NCBI GenBank assembly: GCA_964016885.1
Contig: OZ024751.1
Location: 18,166,001 to 18,230,000 of the forward strand
Length of the DNA stretch: 64,000 nucleotides
From: Eledone cirrhosa
Taxonomy: Eukaryota
Reading direction: 5' to 3'
Positions 45,697 through 61,540 of this stretch are shown here, one piece after another. Below the pieces are notes generated by a model. That model saw only the letters and a program-made list of their open reading frames with translations. It searched no databases and was not told where the DNA came from. Numbering within the stretch: the first letter of the stretch is position 1; the number at the start of each line of letters is the position of its first letter. The translations under genes were made by a program, and so were the position numbers.

Positions 45697-47155
45697 TATT
45701 TCATTAGAGAAGGCAGGAACGTTTGGCAGGGTGAGCAGATAACAAGAGGATCTTCAGAGAAAGTTTTCTCATAAAACATGTTTCGGCCCTTGATTCTTAC
45801 TTTGGGTTGAGTTAATTTAATTGAAAATAATGGAAAACTCTAGTTCTTTATGTCATTTCACTAAACACCACTCTATTTATAAAACACGTCTCTATTTATC
45901 CCCTACCCCAGAAAAAAATATTTTGCATTTCCTAACTCTACACTACAACCAGCACCACATCAACGCCAACAAAAACACCAACAATCACAACCACTATCAT
46001 CACCACTGCTACTACTGACTCTATCACCACATGCACCACCACCACCACTACTACTACCATCACCGCCACCACTATTGCTTCTACTACCACCACCACCACT
46101 AACACCACTACCAACATGTACAACAACACTGCCTCAATGGACGACGAAAGAGATTTCATGACCAAAGAATGATAATACTACCACACCCACCAACACCACC
46201 ACTATTACCACCACCACCTACTACTACTACTGCTGCTACTACTACTACTACTACTAATAATAATAATAATGATAATAACAACATACAGAGAAACACATTT
46301 ATATACATTAGGTATCCACAAATACTGAATTATTTACAATTATTTCCAAGCCGCCATTTTTGGTCAAAGACAGCTCGGAGCTATGAATATTATGGTTTCA
46401 ATTGTGAAAATTTCATTACTACGATGTTCCTCTCACAGCGACCACCATTTTACTTTTAAGAACGTTGTCAATTTTTCTTAATCAACTGTAAACAATTTTA
46501 TACAATACCGAAATGTATATCTGTATAGATACAATAATAAAGTTTATACTTATATACAATACTGCTTTACAGACATCTCTGCTAGACCAAATTGTTTATT
46601 TCTATGTACATAATAGTAAATTATATACTTATATACAATATCACATTGTATACATGTATGCAATAACGAACTCTATAATTATAAACTATGCATTATTAAA
46701 TATACACAACCTATGCATTATCAATTTGTATAATTCTATATAATGCTCTATATGCTTATATTCAATACCAGAGTATATATTTCTATACCATACTAAATTA
46801 TATATATTAGTATATATATGAGAAAAGTATATAATATTATACATCTATACAAGCTTTATTTGTATACGTATATATACGAGTGCATATGGGGCAGTATTCA
46901 AGTGTATACGTTACTGAAACATATATATTTGTGAGTGTGTATACATATGTATATATATATATATATATATAATAATAGTACCGAATCACGTGCATTAGAA
47001 TATGATACAAAAGGGTGCATTTTGTATACGCTATGAATATATGAATATATGTAGGTTAATACAATAAAGAACGATATATATATATTTGTATACTATGACA
47101 AGGTATGTAATACATTTTCACGAAAGAAACAATTTATTGTGAAATAAATAATAAT

Positions 47156-47341
47156 TGTTTCTACTTTAGGCACAAGGCCAGCAATTACCCAGTGCATTAC
47201 TGGTACTTTATTTTATCGACCCCGTAAGGATGAAAGGCAAAGTCAACCTCGGCGGGATTTGAACTCATTTCGTAAAGGGACGTAACACGCTGTAAAGCAT
47301 GGCGTCCGACCCTCTACCGATACTGCCAATCCACCGCCATT
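47156..47341 (-). mobile_element. SINE family A, full length, 14-bp TSD
   Basis: aaataaataataat at 47142-47155 and 47342-47355. Confidence 0.9.
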
Positions 47342-47509
47342 AAATAAATAATAATGTGATATATTAGGCAATCGAATGAAAATGTCTTTGTATGTAACTA
47401 TATATCAATATATGTATCTCTAAAGATTATCATACACATCTTAATGTATATATATATCTATGTATATATGTGTATATATATATACAATAATAATAATAAT
47501 AATTATTAT

Positions 47510-47566
<57 letters not shown>

Positions 47567-47599
47567 TAGATATAAATACATTATATGTGTATAATATGA

Positions 47600-47649
<50 letters not shown>

Positions 47650-47775
47650 ATTCTTCTGGTGAAGCACTAACGTCCGAAACGTTAAGTCCCTCTTCCTGCT
47701 ATTTCAAGCGTTAACCTATTATATACCTTGCATATACTGTACCGATTATGTTGTCGTTGCTGTTTACCTTTTACA
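47650..47775 (+). mobile_element. H7 element with degenerate minimal hammerhead
   Basis: ctggtgaagcacta...ccgaaacgttaag...ttcctgctatttcaagcgttaa; related copies at 48388-48515 (-) and 60040-60160 (+, intact CTGATGA). Confidence 0.55.
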
Positions 47776-49062
47776 CACACACACACACACATACACACAC
47801 ACACTATATATATATATATATATATATATAAGTGAAAAACCAAAGATAATACTGCAAATAATTGTGTTAACATCTAGGTTCCTTTCAACTTTAATTCTAT
47901 ATAACTGTGAAAATAATAATTTGCAGATCAATTAATTAATCTATCAAATCAACGAAACAGTTGCAATCATATAACATTAAAATCTTCCCATGAAATCAAT
48001 ATGATTTGACTTGGAGAATGATCGTCCCAAAACAAAAATACCAAGCCATGGTCAATGTATTATTTATATTAAAAAGTCTTTTTAAAAGAAAACTCATATA
48101 CAATATATTTGATTAGATGGACAAAGGGAAACGTTACCTTTTTAAGCATCGTGCAATGAGATTTTAAAGTCATTAAAGGGCTAATGTAAGCAAAATTGTT
48201 GTACCCTGTGTTATAGTTTATATATATAAACACGAATATATTCTTTACATCCTAAATGCTCTCATATGGTGTTCAAACTTTCTAAAAAAACATAAATTTT
48301 GGCTGCAGTATTCGGTAGTCTTCACCTTTTAAAAACAGTAGCTTATATATATATATATATATATATATTTGTTTGTTTGTGTGAGAGTGTAAAAGGTAAG
48401 CAGAGATAACACAGCAAACGGCACAGTACATTGAAGAAATATATCATTTTTAACGCTTGAAATAGCAGGAACAGAGTCTTAATGTTTTAGACACTAGTGC
48501 TTCATCACAAGATAGAGTTAGAAATAAAATATAAAATAGAAAGATAAAGAATAAGAAGAGGGAGGAACGGATTCTTATTTTCTTTATGTATTAAGATTAT
48601 AGTGGTTATTTCATATTTTAAGAATATATAATTCTGGACTTTCCAAACTAACACACCAAGATACGTGTACACACCAACCATTTAGCAACCCACACATTCA
48701 AGAATGTCATACCCACATAAAGACATTAACATACACGTGTACACATCACGTGTACGATCACACACAATACATATATGCACATACATATATGCACATACAC
48801 GCACATATACACACTTGCCCATGTGCACTGGCATTTATCTTCAGGCACACAATTCCCTACTCATCAGATAAGAAGTTGTATACCCGTATATACACTCTAT
48901 CACATATAGTTACGACGTATAAACACAAGAATACACATCGAATGATATATCTATGCATATATACATTTTCGTATAAGCAGACATGCTTTTTAACATACTT
49001 TCATACATACATTCTCGTATGCACAAACATACATAAATCCATACATACATCAATTCATATAT

Positions 49063-49621
49063 GATGGCTGCAACTCGATTTCGAGTAATGCCATCGCTTG
49101 ATACTTAAGCATGAGCATCACAGACATGGCTTTTTAGTCCTGCTAGGGACTTGCCTATGGCCAGCAATACCATACATCGCAAAAAATCTCACATATCAAG
49201 CGATGCCTGTACTTGAAGCTTTTTTAAGTGAGGAAAGGCTCTGCACGGGGGCAATCCCACTCTCTGAACATCGAATGCATTTACCCCCCAAAAGAAGAAC
49301 TGTTCTACATCATTGGATGCAAACGAAGTCGCAGGTTTTATATCAGAGTGTCCTTCTCCTACAAAGAAGCCTTAATGAAGATTAGGGGTCTCACGCTCCA
49401 GAAAAAATAAATACTTTATTAGATGGCCGTTGACTCTCCTGAGTTCCGCCGCCCTTTGACCGGTTTTGTTTTTAATCCAGCTGGGTGTCCCAAATCACCC
49501 TCCTCACCAATCAAGCTTGGTGGGGTTGCCGGTTTAGTCGTTGACGACCGGACCATGCACAAGATGTACTGGGTTACATGTTACCACCTGTGCATGGTCG
49601 GGTCGTCGGCCACTCAGCCTG
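49063..49621 (-). mobile_element. 559-bp non-coding retroelement (family C-related) with 12-bp TSD
   Basis: TSD caattcatatat at 49051-49062 and 49622-49633; reverse complement of 49200-49267 matches 58337-58408; ends in gcagccatc. Confidence 0.8.
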
Positions 49622-50662
49622 CAATTCATATATACACATATATACAGGCATACAGATACTACCGTCATTGAAACACATATAGACTCCTATACAATAAATA
49701 GGCTAGCCCACCTATACTTTCATTCAGCTACATCTTCAGGCAAACACATTCATACAATGGAGCACACACACACATATTTGTACTAGCATACGTTTAAACT
49801 CGTACAACTACATACTTATACATATAGGCATACACATGCCACCTAGCATAACTAAGCACACACACACACACACATGAACGAACCTCTGTACATATACCAT
49901 TAGACGTATGAGAGAAAGGTAGATAGAAACATAGACTGATTGAAGGATAGATAGAAAAACAGATAGACAATAAAAGGGAAAGAAAGATAGGTAGATATGT
50001 TGATAGAGAGAGAGGGAGATTGATAGATGAAAAGTATGAATGTGAGGGAGGAATTATAAAGGATAGAAAAAAAGAAAGAAGAATGTATGAAAGTGCAAAA
50101 GAATGACAAAATGAAAGAAAGAGAGAAACAAAGAAAGAGGAAAGAAGGAAGGAAAGAGACAACGAAAAAGCGAAAGAAAGAAAAAGAAGGAAGAGCGGAA
50201 AAGATTGTAAACCCAAATGCAATTGAAGAAAGGCAAACGATGCCCAAAGGGAATAAGATTTAATTTCTTGATGGGAAACTGATTAAATTAAATATAGCCA
50301 TCTGAATTTCTAGAAATGGCGTCACCAATTTGATGATGTTTAACATCTTGCTTGGACACCATATTTGATGACGGTGCGCCATTTTGTTTATAGTTATATG
50401 TCTTTGTTTTATGCTGAATTTTCCTTTTTCTTTTTCTTGTGACTCTGTTAGGGTTCTAATGGATGTACATATACACCCCTCCACAAAAATAGAATAAAGA
50501 TAACGACGAAAATACTAAATAAAATATATAGAAAACATTATTTAAAGTTTAACTTTCGTTTCGCTCATTAACAAAGTGATAATATTTGATATAAATGGAA
50601 TGGTAAAGTGTAATTGACGTCGATAAAAAACCATAAACACGCCCCTCCCACACTCACAAACG

Positions 50663-50678
50663 TATATATATATATATA

Positions 50679-50720
<42 letters not shown>

Positions 50721-51230
50721 TATATATATATATATATATGATGTATATATATATATATATATGATGTATATATATATATATATATATATGATGTATATAT
50801 ATATGATGTATATATATATATATATATATGATGTATATATATATGATGTATATATATATATATATATGATGTATATATATATATATATATGATGTATATA
50901 TATATGATGTATATATATATATATATGATGTATATATATATATATATGTGATGTATATATATATATATGATGTATATATATATGATGTATATATATATAT
51001 ATATATGATGTATATATATATATATATATGATGTATATATATATATATATATGATGTATATATATATTATATATGTATATATATATATATATATATATGA
51101 TGTATATATATATATATATATGATGTATATATATATATATATGATGTATATATATATATATATGATGTATATATATATATATATGATATATATATATATT
51201 ATATATGTATATATATATATATATATATTA

Positions 51231-51268
<38 letters not shown>

Positions 51269-51357
51269 GTATATATATATATATTATATATGTATATATA
51301 TATATATTATATATGTATATATATATATATTATATATGTATATATATATATATATAT

Positions 51358-51388
<31 letters not shown>

Positions 51389-52089
51389 TATATATGTATA
51401 TGATATATATTATATATATATATATTATATATGTATATGATATATATTTATATATATTATATATTATATATGTATATGATATATATTTATATATATTATA
51501 TATTATATATGTATATGATATATATTTATATATATTATATATTATATATGTATATGATATATATTTATATATATTATATATTATATATGTATATGATATA
51601 TATTTATATATATTATATATTATATATGTATATGATATATATTTATATATATTATATATTATATATGTATATGATATATATTTATATATATTATATATTA
51701 TATATGTATATGATATATATTTATATATATTATATATTATATATGTATATGATATATATTTATATATATATATATTATATATGTATATGATATATATTTA
51801 TATATATATATATTATATATGTATATGATATATATTTATATATATTATATATTATATATGTATATGATATATATTTATATATATTATATATTATATATGT
51901 ATATGATATATATTTATATATATTATATATTATATATGTATATGATATATAAGTATATATATATATATATATATATATGATATATAAGTATATATATATA
52001 TATATATATATATGATATATATTTATATATATTATGTATATATATATATGATATATATGTATATATATATATAATATATATATATATAT
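50663..52089. repeat. Compound (TA)n-GATG array grading into a ~36-bp AT minisatellite
   Basis: Direct reading. Confidence 0.9.
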
Positions 52090-53299
52090 CACTAATGTAT
52101 CTTTTGCAAATATGTGTGTTATGGTGATGTGAGAATGCAACTTTATTATTTAACTTCGTACATACATACATTACGTACATACAAGCTAACTGTAGAACCC
52201 CTTATGAGATCATTCAAACTACTACGGTTATTTGCCTATTCTTTTAAACTGTGGCCAGGTTTTGGTCTTTGTATATAATTTTACTTCTAGGTTTGCTTTG
52301 AAAACGTCACAACAGAAAATAATTTGTTTCCGAAGTGGCAGAGAATTCATAGCATTGGGGTAAATGGTTTATGATATTTATTCTCTGTTTTTTTTTTAGC
52401 TATATATGTGTGCGTGTGTGTGTTACAAGCCCACGCGCAAATACACATACGTACGCTCTTCAATCATAGATCTGAACTCCTGGCGGAGCTGTGTGGTCTC
52501 CGTCGCAACACATGACATACCTTCTCAAGTAGTGAACACATTTAATTTCTTCCAGAAATATATACAGAAGTAGCGCAAGTATTCCTGTCAGTACGAGACA
52601 GGTGTATGCGGCGAATTGGCAGAGTCGGATAGACCGCTTCATGTAATTCCTTCCGGCCCTCTGCTCTTTGAGTTCAAACCCCGCCGAGGCCCACTTTGCT
52701 TTTCATCCATTCGAGGTCGAGAGATGGTGAGGGTGACAGAGATGGAGGCGGTGACAGTGGGAGTTCAGCTCTTCCGTGTTTGGAACTGGTGTGCAGCGTC
52801 AGTTGTCTGTAGGGAGGTAATGGTTTGTACTTAGCAAATGTTTTTAGAACCTTGTTTTTGCGATCCCTGTATGTATTTTGAATAAGTATGAAACAAGAAT
52901 CTGATTGTTATAGAATTTATTTTTATAGTGTTCGGATAAAAAAGTACTATCAATCTAATACTGGCATCGATTCTCCCTCTATATCGCTTTCTCATTTTCT
53001 CTCTCTCACTTTCTATCTTTCTCTGGAAGAAATCCGCTGTACTCAGGCCTGGAGATGGATGGGCTCCATCAAGATTAAAAGGCCCAAGAAATGCCGTATG
53101 TCAATACGGCGTCCCTATGACTCTATCAGAAGTTCGTGGCCATACATACATACTAGTTCGGTACATTATATATCAATATCGAGCAAATTGTTAACCTCGA
53201 TGGGATAGGATCTAAGTGCGCAGAGAATGAATAAAGCAATCGAATACAACAAAACATTCTATCTAAAGTTCTAATGGTTTTGGTATTTCGCCACCTTAA

Positions 53300-53725
53300 G
53301 GCAGTGGATTGGCAGTATCGGTAGAGAGTTGGATACCATGCGTTTCAGCATAGAGTTACGGCCCCTTACGTTATGAGTTCAAATCCCGCAGAGGTTAACT
53401 TTGCTTTTCATCCTTACTGGGTCGATAAAATAAAGCACCAGTAACGTACTGGGGTCGATTTAATCGACTTTCCCCTCCCCCAAAATTACTGGCCTTGTAC
53501 CTATAAGAGAAATCATTATTCATAAGGTGGTGGATTGACAGTTTCCGTAGAGCGTCAGACACCATGCTTTGCAGCATAGAGTTACGGCTCTTTATGATCT
53601 GAGTTCAAGTCCCGCCTTTCATTCTTACGGGGTCGATAAAATAAAGTACCGGTAATGCACTAGGATCGATTTAATCGACCCCCCTCCCTAAATTGCTGGC
53701 CTTGTACCTATATAAGAAACCATTG
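53300..53725 (+). mobile_element. Two tandem SINE family A copies (long variant)
   Basis: 53300-53520 and 53525-53725, each with gtcgatttaatcgac-type insert; a degenerate copy lies at ~52608-52720. Confidence 0.9.
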
Positions 53726-54818
53726 TTTCGTCACCTTGCCAACTTGTCTTGTAGTGATTACTTTACTCCCGCCCTAATAGTGTGTTTGTAGTTTTCAGAG
53801 GAGAAAATACTAAGACTAGTTATTAGTAATTATGAATCACTACCTCCTTACGTACAACTGACGCTGCTCTATCCAACGTCATAAGATCAAATGTTAACGG
53901 AGACGAGTTTACCAACAAAACAATTGCTATCTCTTCAAACAACATCTCTACCAGAAATGCTACCATCTTTAATACCATTACCACCGACATTGTCATCAGC
54001 ATCACCACCAACAAATCCATCCTATTTTTATGTATAATGCTCCTTTTCTTTTCTTATTTACCCCCCACCCCACCCACCCCCTCTCTCTCACTATCTCTCT
54101 CTCTCATTGTGACTTTGTTTACGAAATGTCACATTTCTATTAAATTCTACTATTCAGCTCCTATACACACGCTCACACACACACACACTCTCTCTATCTC
54201 GCTCTCCCGCTCTCTCTTTGTCATTGTAATACCTGATTACGAACTGTCTCAATTCTAACTATTAAATTCTACTATTCACAAGCCACACACACAAAAACAC
54301 ACTCTCTCTCTCTCTCTATATACATATATATATATTCTCACTTTTGTCCCTCACTCTCTCTTCTATATATCTATCTTTCTATCTATCTAACTAACTCGCT
54401 TTATTCTCCCTCATTACAGTATTGCTTATCCAACATTTTACTTCCTTATTTTTTTTCCTTTCTTCTTATTTTTATATTTTTGCGAGATCCTTTTTTTTTC
54501 TTATTAATTTCCACGTTCACCATCCCCCCAGTTATAATGTGTTTTAAATTCTGCCCTGGAATGTATTACCAAGCTTTAGGGACTTTGATAAAAATCCCTT
54601 TTAAAAGGAGAACTTATAAAAAGAAGATGGTGTCTCTTAAGTATATTTCGTTCTTTAGGCAAGATATTCCTGAAAACTTTGCATCAAATGTTTTGTAGGA
54701 AAATACTAATGTTTCGCTAAATGGATTCTCCTATACATATTTTATGTTGTTTTGTTTTTTTTTCTTCTGTGTTTTCACCATGTGACACACACAAATACAC
54801 ACACACACAAACACGCGC

Positions 54819-54867
<49 letters not shown>

Positions 54868-54868
54868 C

Positions 54869-54926
<58 letters not shown>

Positions 54927-55179
54927 ATGTTTGTCTATGTATGTTTGTGTGTATGTGTGTCTGCTTTTATATATATAAATATATATACATATTCATATAT
55001 ATATATATATATGTATATATTGAACTTATGAGATATAGTTGTGAACTCAGTCCGTGTATATATCAATACTCTTTCGGTTCTGTGTTTTCCCATTTTGGCT
55101 AATTGTATAAATGTATATATATATATATATATCCTCGCCCAATTTCTTTCTCATTATATTTTTCTCACTATCCCCACCC

Positions 55180-55260
<81 letters not shown>

Positions 55261-55397
55261 CGAATATATATATAATTACAAATATATATATATACATACA
55301 AATATACATATATATACAAATATATATATACACATACAAATATATATATATATGTATATACATACAAATATATATATATATATATACATACAAATAA

Positions 55398-55432
<35 letters not shown>

Positions 55433-55463
55433 TCTCTTTCTTTTTTTCTTTCTCCCTCTCCCT

Positions 55464-55507
<44 letters not shown>

Positions 55508-55763
55508 GTGCATTGACATTTGTTTGTATATGTATTGTGAGGTATGTATGCGAACGATGTCAATTACTGCCATACGTCAGCATTTACCTGTACATCCATA
55601 TATATATGTGTATGTGTGTGTGTGTGTGTGTTTGTGTGTGTTTGTGTAAGTTTCAGCTAATGATCTTCGCAAAAATCCTTCTGCTTATTGCTTTTGTATA
55701 ATTTCTACACGCAATGTTTGTACTTGTGTGTATATACAATGACATTAATGTTTACTTGCGGTT

Positions 55764-56115
55764 TATATATATATATATTTGTATGTATATATATATATAT
55801 ATATTTGTATGTATATATATATATATTTGTATGTATGTATATATATATATTTGTATGTATATATATCTATTTGGATGTATATATATATATATATATATAA
55901 ATTTGTATGTATATATATTTATATATTTGTATGTATATACATATATATATATATATATTTGTATGTGTATATATATATTTGTATATATATGTATATTTGT
56001 ATGTGTATATTTGTATGTATATATATATATTTGTATGCATATATATATATATATATATATATATTTGTATGTATATATTTATATGTATATATATATATAT
56101 ATATATATTTATATG

Positions 56116-56200
<85 letters not shown>

Positions 56201-57263
56201 GTATATATATATATATGTATTTATATGTATATATATATATATGTATTTATATGTATATATATATATATTTGTATGTATATACATATATATATATTAATAT
56301 GTATATATATGTATATACATATATATATATTTATATGTATATATATGTATATATATATATATTTATATGTATATATATGTATATATATATATATTTATAT
56401 GTATATATATATGTATATATATATATATTTATATGTATATATATGTATATATATATATATATTTATATGTATATATATGTATATATATATATATTTATAT
56501 GTATATATATGTATATATATATATATTTATATGTATATATATGTATATATATATATTTTTGTATGTATATACATATATATATTTTTGTATGTATATATAT
56601 ATATATATATATTTGTATGAATATATATATATATATATTTGTATATATATATATATATTTGTATGTATATATATATATATATATTTGTATGTATATATAT
56701 ATATATATATTTGTATATATATATATATATATTTGTATATATATATATATATATTTGTATATATATATATATATATATTTGTATATATATATATATATAT
56801 TTGTATGTATATATATATATATATTTGTATGTATATATATATATATATTTGTATGTATATATATATATATATTTGTATATATATATATATATATGTTTGT
56901 ATGTATATGTATATATATATATTTGTATGTATATGTATATATATATATTTGTATGTATATATATATATATATATTTGTACGTATATATATATATATATAT
57001 ATATTTGTATGTATGTATATATATATATATATTTGTATGTATATATATATATATATTTTGTATGTATATATATATATATATTTGTATGTATATATATATA
57101 TATATATTTTGTATGTATATATATATATATATTTGTATGTATATATATATATATATATTTCTATGTATATATATATATATATATTTCTATGTATATATAT
57201 ATATATATTTGTATGTATATCCATATATATATATTTGTATGTATATACATATATATATATTTG

Positions 57264-57294
<31 letters not shown>

Positions 57295-57328
57295 TTGTAT
57301 GTATATATACATACAAATATATATACAT

Positions 57329-57375
<47 letters not shown>
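55764..57375. repeat. Compound (TA)n-TTTG/TATG array
   Basis: Direct reading. Confidence 0.9.
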
Positions 57376-57377
<2 letters not shown>

Positions 57378-57378
<1 letters not shown>

Positions 57379-57570
57379 GGTGGATTGCCAGTATCGATAG
57401 AATGTCGGACGTTATGCTTTGCAGCCAAGAGTTACAACCCTTTACTGTATGAGTTCAAATCGCACCGAGGTTAATTTTGCGGGGTCTATAACTTACGGGG
57501 TCGATAAAATAAAGTACCAGTAATACACTGGAATAATTGCTGGCCTTGTGCCAGAAGTAGAAACAATTAT
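57378..57570 (+). mobile_element. SINE family A, full length
   Basis: A/B boxes, core, 3' end. Confidence 0.9.
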
Positions 57571-57675
57571 ATATATATATATATATATATAATATATGTA
57601 TACATATATATATTTCATATATGTATATTATATATGTACATTAAATATATATATATATATATTATATATGTACAT

Positions 57676-57713
<38 letters not shown>

Positions 57714-57829
57714 GTACATTAAATATATATATATAAATAATATTCATATATTAAATATATATATATATATATATATAATATATGTATATTAAATATATAT
57801 ATGTATATATATATTTATATATATATATA

Positions 57830-58022
57830 TAATTGTTTCTACTTTAGGCACAAGACCAGCAATTATTCCAGTGTATTACTGGTACTTTATTTTATCGACC
57901 CCCGTTAGGATGAAAGGCAAAGTTAACCTCGACGGGATTTAAACTCAGAATGGCAAGGGCCGTAACTCTATGCGTCAAAGCATGGCGTCCGATCTTCTAC
58001 CGATACTGCCAATTCACCGCCC
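57830..58022 (-). mobile_element. SINE family A, full length
   Basis: Reverse complement of family A; inverted relative to 57378-57570. Confidence 0.9.
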
Positions 58023-58132
58023 TTATATATATAATATATGTATATTATATATATATATGTATATAATATATGTATATTATATATATATGTATATTATATA
58101 TGTGTATATACATGTGTGTATGTGTATGTATA

Positions 58133-58486
58133 TGAGCGGGGATATAGAAATAGTCGGGCTGGATATCCGATCTCGCGGTTAAACCACTGGGAGTGAAGGA
58201 CCCCTAGCCTTTGTCAGGGCATTCTTCTAGGACACGGCATCTCAGGAAACTGGGATAACTCCGACATAAAACCCGCGGCTCAGTATTTAACGATGATGTT
58301 GATCTTTTCTTCTTTTCGGATTATAGCTACTGTCTCTCAGAGAGTGGGATTGGCTCAGTGCACAGTCTTTCTTCACTTTAAAAAATATCTTCACGCACAG
58401 GCATCGCACAATAGCATTAATTAATAATTATTAATAATGGTATATCGTGCAATGGCCATACTCGATAACGAGGGGGCAGCCCTCAT
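58133..58486 (+). mobile_element. Non-coding retroelement family C (~350 bp)
   Basis: Shares gagagtgggattg...ttaaaaaa...acaggcatcg with the 49-kb element and its 3' 40 bp with 2407 and 16950. Confidence 0.65.
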
Positions 58487-58908
58487 ATATATATATGTAT
58501 ATATATAAATATATGTGTGTGTGTATATATGTGTGTATATATGTGTATATATATATGTATATATATATATGCATATATATGTGTGTATATATGTGTATAT
58601 ATATATGTGTGTGTATATATGTGTATATATATATATGTGTGTATATATGTGTATATATATATATGTGTGTATATATGTGTATATATATATATGTATATAT
58701 ATATGTATATATATATATGTGTGTAAATGTATATATATATATATGTATATATATATATGTGTGTAAATGTATATATATATATATGTATATATATATATGT
58801 GTGTAAATGTATATATATATATATGTATATATATATATGTGTGTAAATGTATATATTTATATATGTATATATATATATGTGTGTAAATGTATATATTTAT
58901 ATATATAC

Positions 58909-58944
<36 letters not shown>

Positions 58945-59419
58945 ATATTCATTGTTGCTTGAAGATTTTCTCCGCTTTCGTCATATTTAAAATGTGTGAC
59001 TCTCTTTGTATGTGTACACCACTTGCTGAAGCGCTCCCCCAAGCGTTTTATACACGACCTTTGTTGAGACACCTAATCACCATGCAATCCTTTCCTTCGT
59101 TTATTCTATATATAGTAATTATCTTGGGTAAGAACATTTTCTGAGTGAATATACTTCGCTGAGGAGATTGAAACTTGTTCGTTACTTTCACCAAATTGAC
59201 TTATAAGTGAGATTCACTCCCTTTGAAGAGACTGAAATACATGAAAAAATCTTCAATCAGCCAAAGCTATAGGATTTATTTTGCTTGCTTTCAGATTAGT
59301 ACCAGGACATCACTTAAGGGAATTTCATAAATTTCAGTCTTCAAATTGTATTGATAGGCTTGTTAGGTTGAAGTATTTTTTTCCCTTTTTTCACCGTTCG
59401 CCTTATGACAAGCAACTGT

Positions 59420-59466
<47 letters not shown>

Positions 59467-59539
59467 ATGAGTGAAAAATAACATGGTTGGCTGTACAAAA
59501 AGGGTTTTATTTACAGTATTAACAATTGTTTCACTAAAT

Positions 59540-59583
<44 letters not shown>

Positions 59584-59590
<7 letters not shown>

Positions 59591-59751
59591 TAAATGGAAA
59601 CTATATTTATAAAACCATTATATTTTATTATATATATTTCAAGGGCAACCAAGGCAAATTTTGGTGCGCTTTCATCAGATAAAATATAAAGTTTGTTTTA
59701 TAAATATTGACATACCCGTAGTAAAATAACCTTGACGGTTGAAGGTTCTCT

Positions 59752-59752
<1 letters not shown>
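59584..59752 (-). mobile_element. H1 single arm with intact hammerhead 59621-59686 on -
   Basis: Reverse complement: UAUUUUAU-CUGAUGA-stem II-GAAA-UAUAUA-UA-AUAAAAUA; TA flanks. Confidence 0.75.
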
Positions 59753-59802
<50 letters not shown>

Positions 59803-60204
59803 GGGAAAGAGTGAAAAATAACATAGTTGGCTGTACAAAAGAATGTTTTGTTTACAGTATTAACAATTGTTTAATTGATTAAATAAGTCTAAAGACCACT
59901 AACCATTAGAAAGTATGTCACTCGACCTTAAATACTGTGTGTGTCTCTGATCAAATCATCGGAATACTGAAGTATGTAACACAGGGCACTGTTATTATTT
60001 CTGATCTTTTTCTCTTTCTATTTCATCTTTTATTTCTATTTTATCTACTGATGAAGGATTAGCGACCGAAATGTTAAGACATTTTTCCTACCCTATCAAG
60101 CGTTAAACTTGTATATATCTTCGTTGTACTATTGTTTGTTTTATTGTTTTGTTTATTTTAAATATATATATATATGAGTGTGTGTATACATACATACATT
60201 AATT

Positions 60205-60254
<50 letters not shown>

Positions 60255-60533
60255 AGTTATACTAAGAGGCACATCTAAATGTGTATGCACACGTATGTGT
60301 GTATGTGAGTATGAGTATCCGTGTGTGTTTATGTGTGTGTATATATGCAATCAAACCTCGTCTGTTTTCCTATATACACTTCTAATTTTTCTTTAATTGG
60401 AAAATAGTTTTCTTCGAGTGCTCATTAGTTAAAAACCACAATTACTGAAAGCTTTTAAATTTTTCCCTCTCACCTCTAGAACGAAGAAAAGCTTTTAGAC
60501 CTTTTTATTCTTTTCTATTATATATATAGAGAG

Positions 60534-60566
<33 letters not shown>

Positions 60567-60616
60567 TGTGTGTTATGTGTGTGTTAGCATATATATGCAT
60601 AAATGTAGATATATAC

Positions 60617-60657
<41 letters not shown>

Positions 60658-60751
60658 TACAAACATATATATGAAAATACATATACCAATCTCGTGTAAC
60701 ACAATATCCTAGTAATTTAATTATTATTATTATTGTTATTATTATAATTTT

Positions 60752-61540
60752 AGGTGGCGATTGGCAGTATCGGTAGAGGGTCGGACGCCATGTTTTGTAG
60801 CACAGTGACGTCCCTTTACGGACTCAGTTCAAATCTCGCCGAGGTTAACTTTGCCTTTGATACTTACGGGGTCGATAAAATAAAGTACTAGTCACGCACT
60901 GGGGTCGATTTAATCAACTTTCCCCTCCCCCCAAATTGCTGGCCTTGTGCCTATATAAGAAACCATTATTATTATTATTATTGACTTAGCCTTTCATCCT
61001 TACGAGGTCGATAAAATAAAGTACCAGTAATGCACTGGGTAATTGCTGGCCTTGTGCCTAAAGTAGAAACAATTATTAATGTCATCATCATCATCATCAT
61101 TATCTTCGTTTTCATCCTTACAGCGTCTATAGAATAAAGTACCAGTAATTCACTAGGGTCGATTTAATCAACTTTCCCCTCCCCTTCAAATTGCTGGCCT
61201 TGTGCTTATAGTAGAATTCATTATTATTAGGTTTGGCAATATCGGTAAAGCGTCAGAAAGCATGCTTTTCAGCATAGAGTTATGTCCCTTTACGGTCTGA
61301 GTTCAAATCCTGCCAGGTTAACTTTGCCTTTCATCCTTACGGGGTCAATAAAATAAAGCACCAGTAATGCACTCGGGTAATTGCTGGCCTTGTGCCAAAA
61401 GTAGGATCATCATCAGCATTATCATCTTCATCTTCCTTAGCTGTTGAAGAAATAATCTACCAATATCCCACTGGGATTGATTTAATCAACTTTCTCCTTC
61501 GCTTCAAATTGCTTGCCTTGTGCATAAATCAGAAACCATT
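60752..61540 (+). mobile_element. Head-to-tail cluster of five SINE family A copies/fragments
   Basis: 60752-60980 long, 60981-61077 short 3' half, 61105-61229 long 3' half, 61230-61405 short, 61460-61540 degenerate. Confidence 0.85.

Noticed and set aside
52520-52584. Possible minus-strand exon encoding a hydrophobic peptide
   Set aside because: Splice-like signals only, no homology recognisable, adjacent to a decayed SINE
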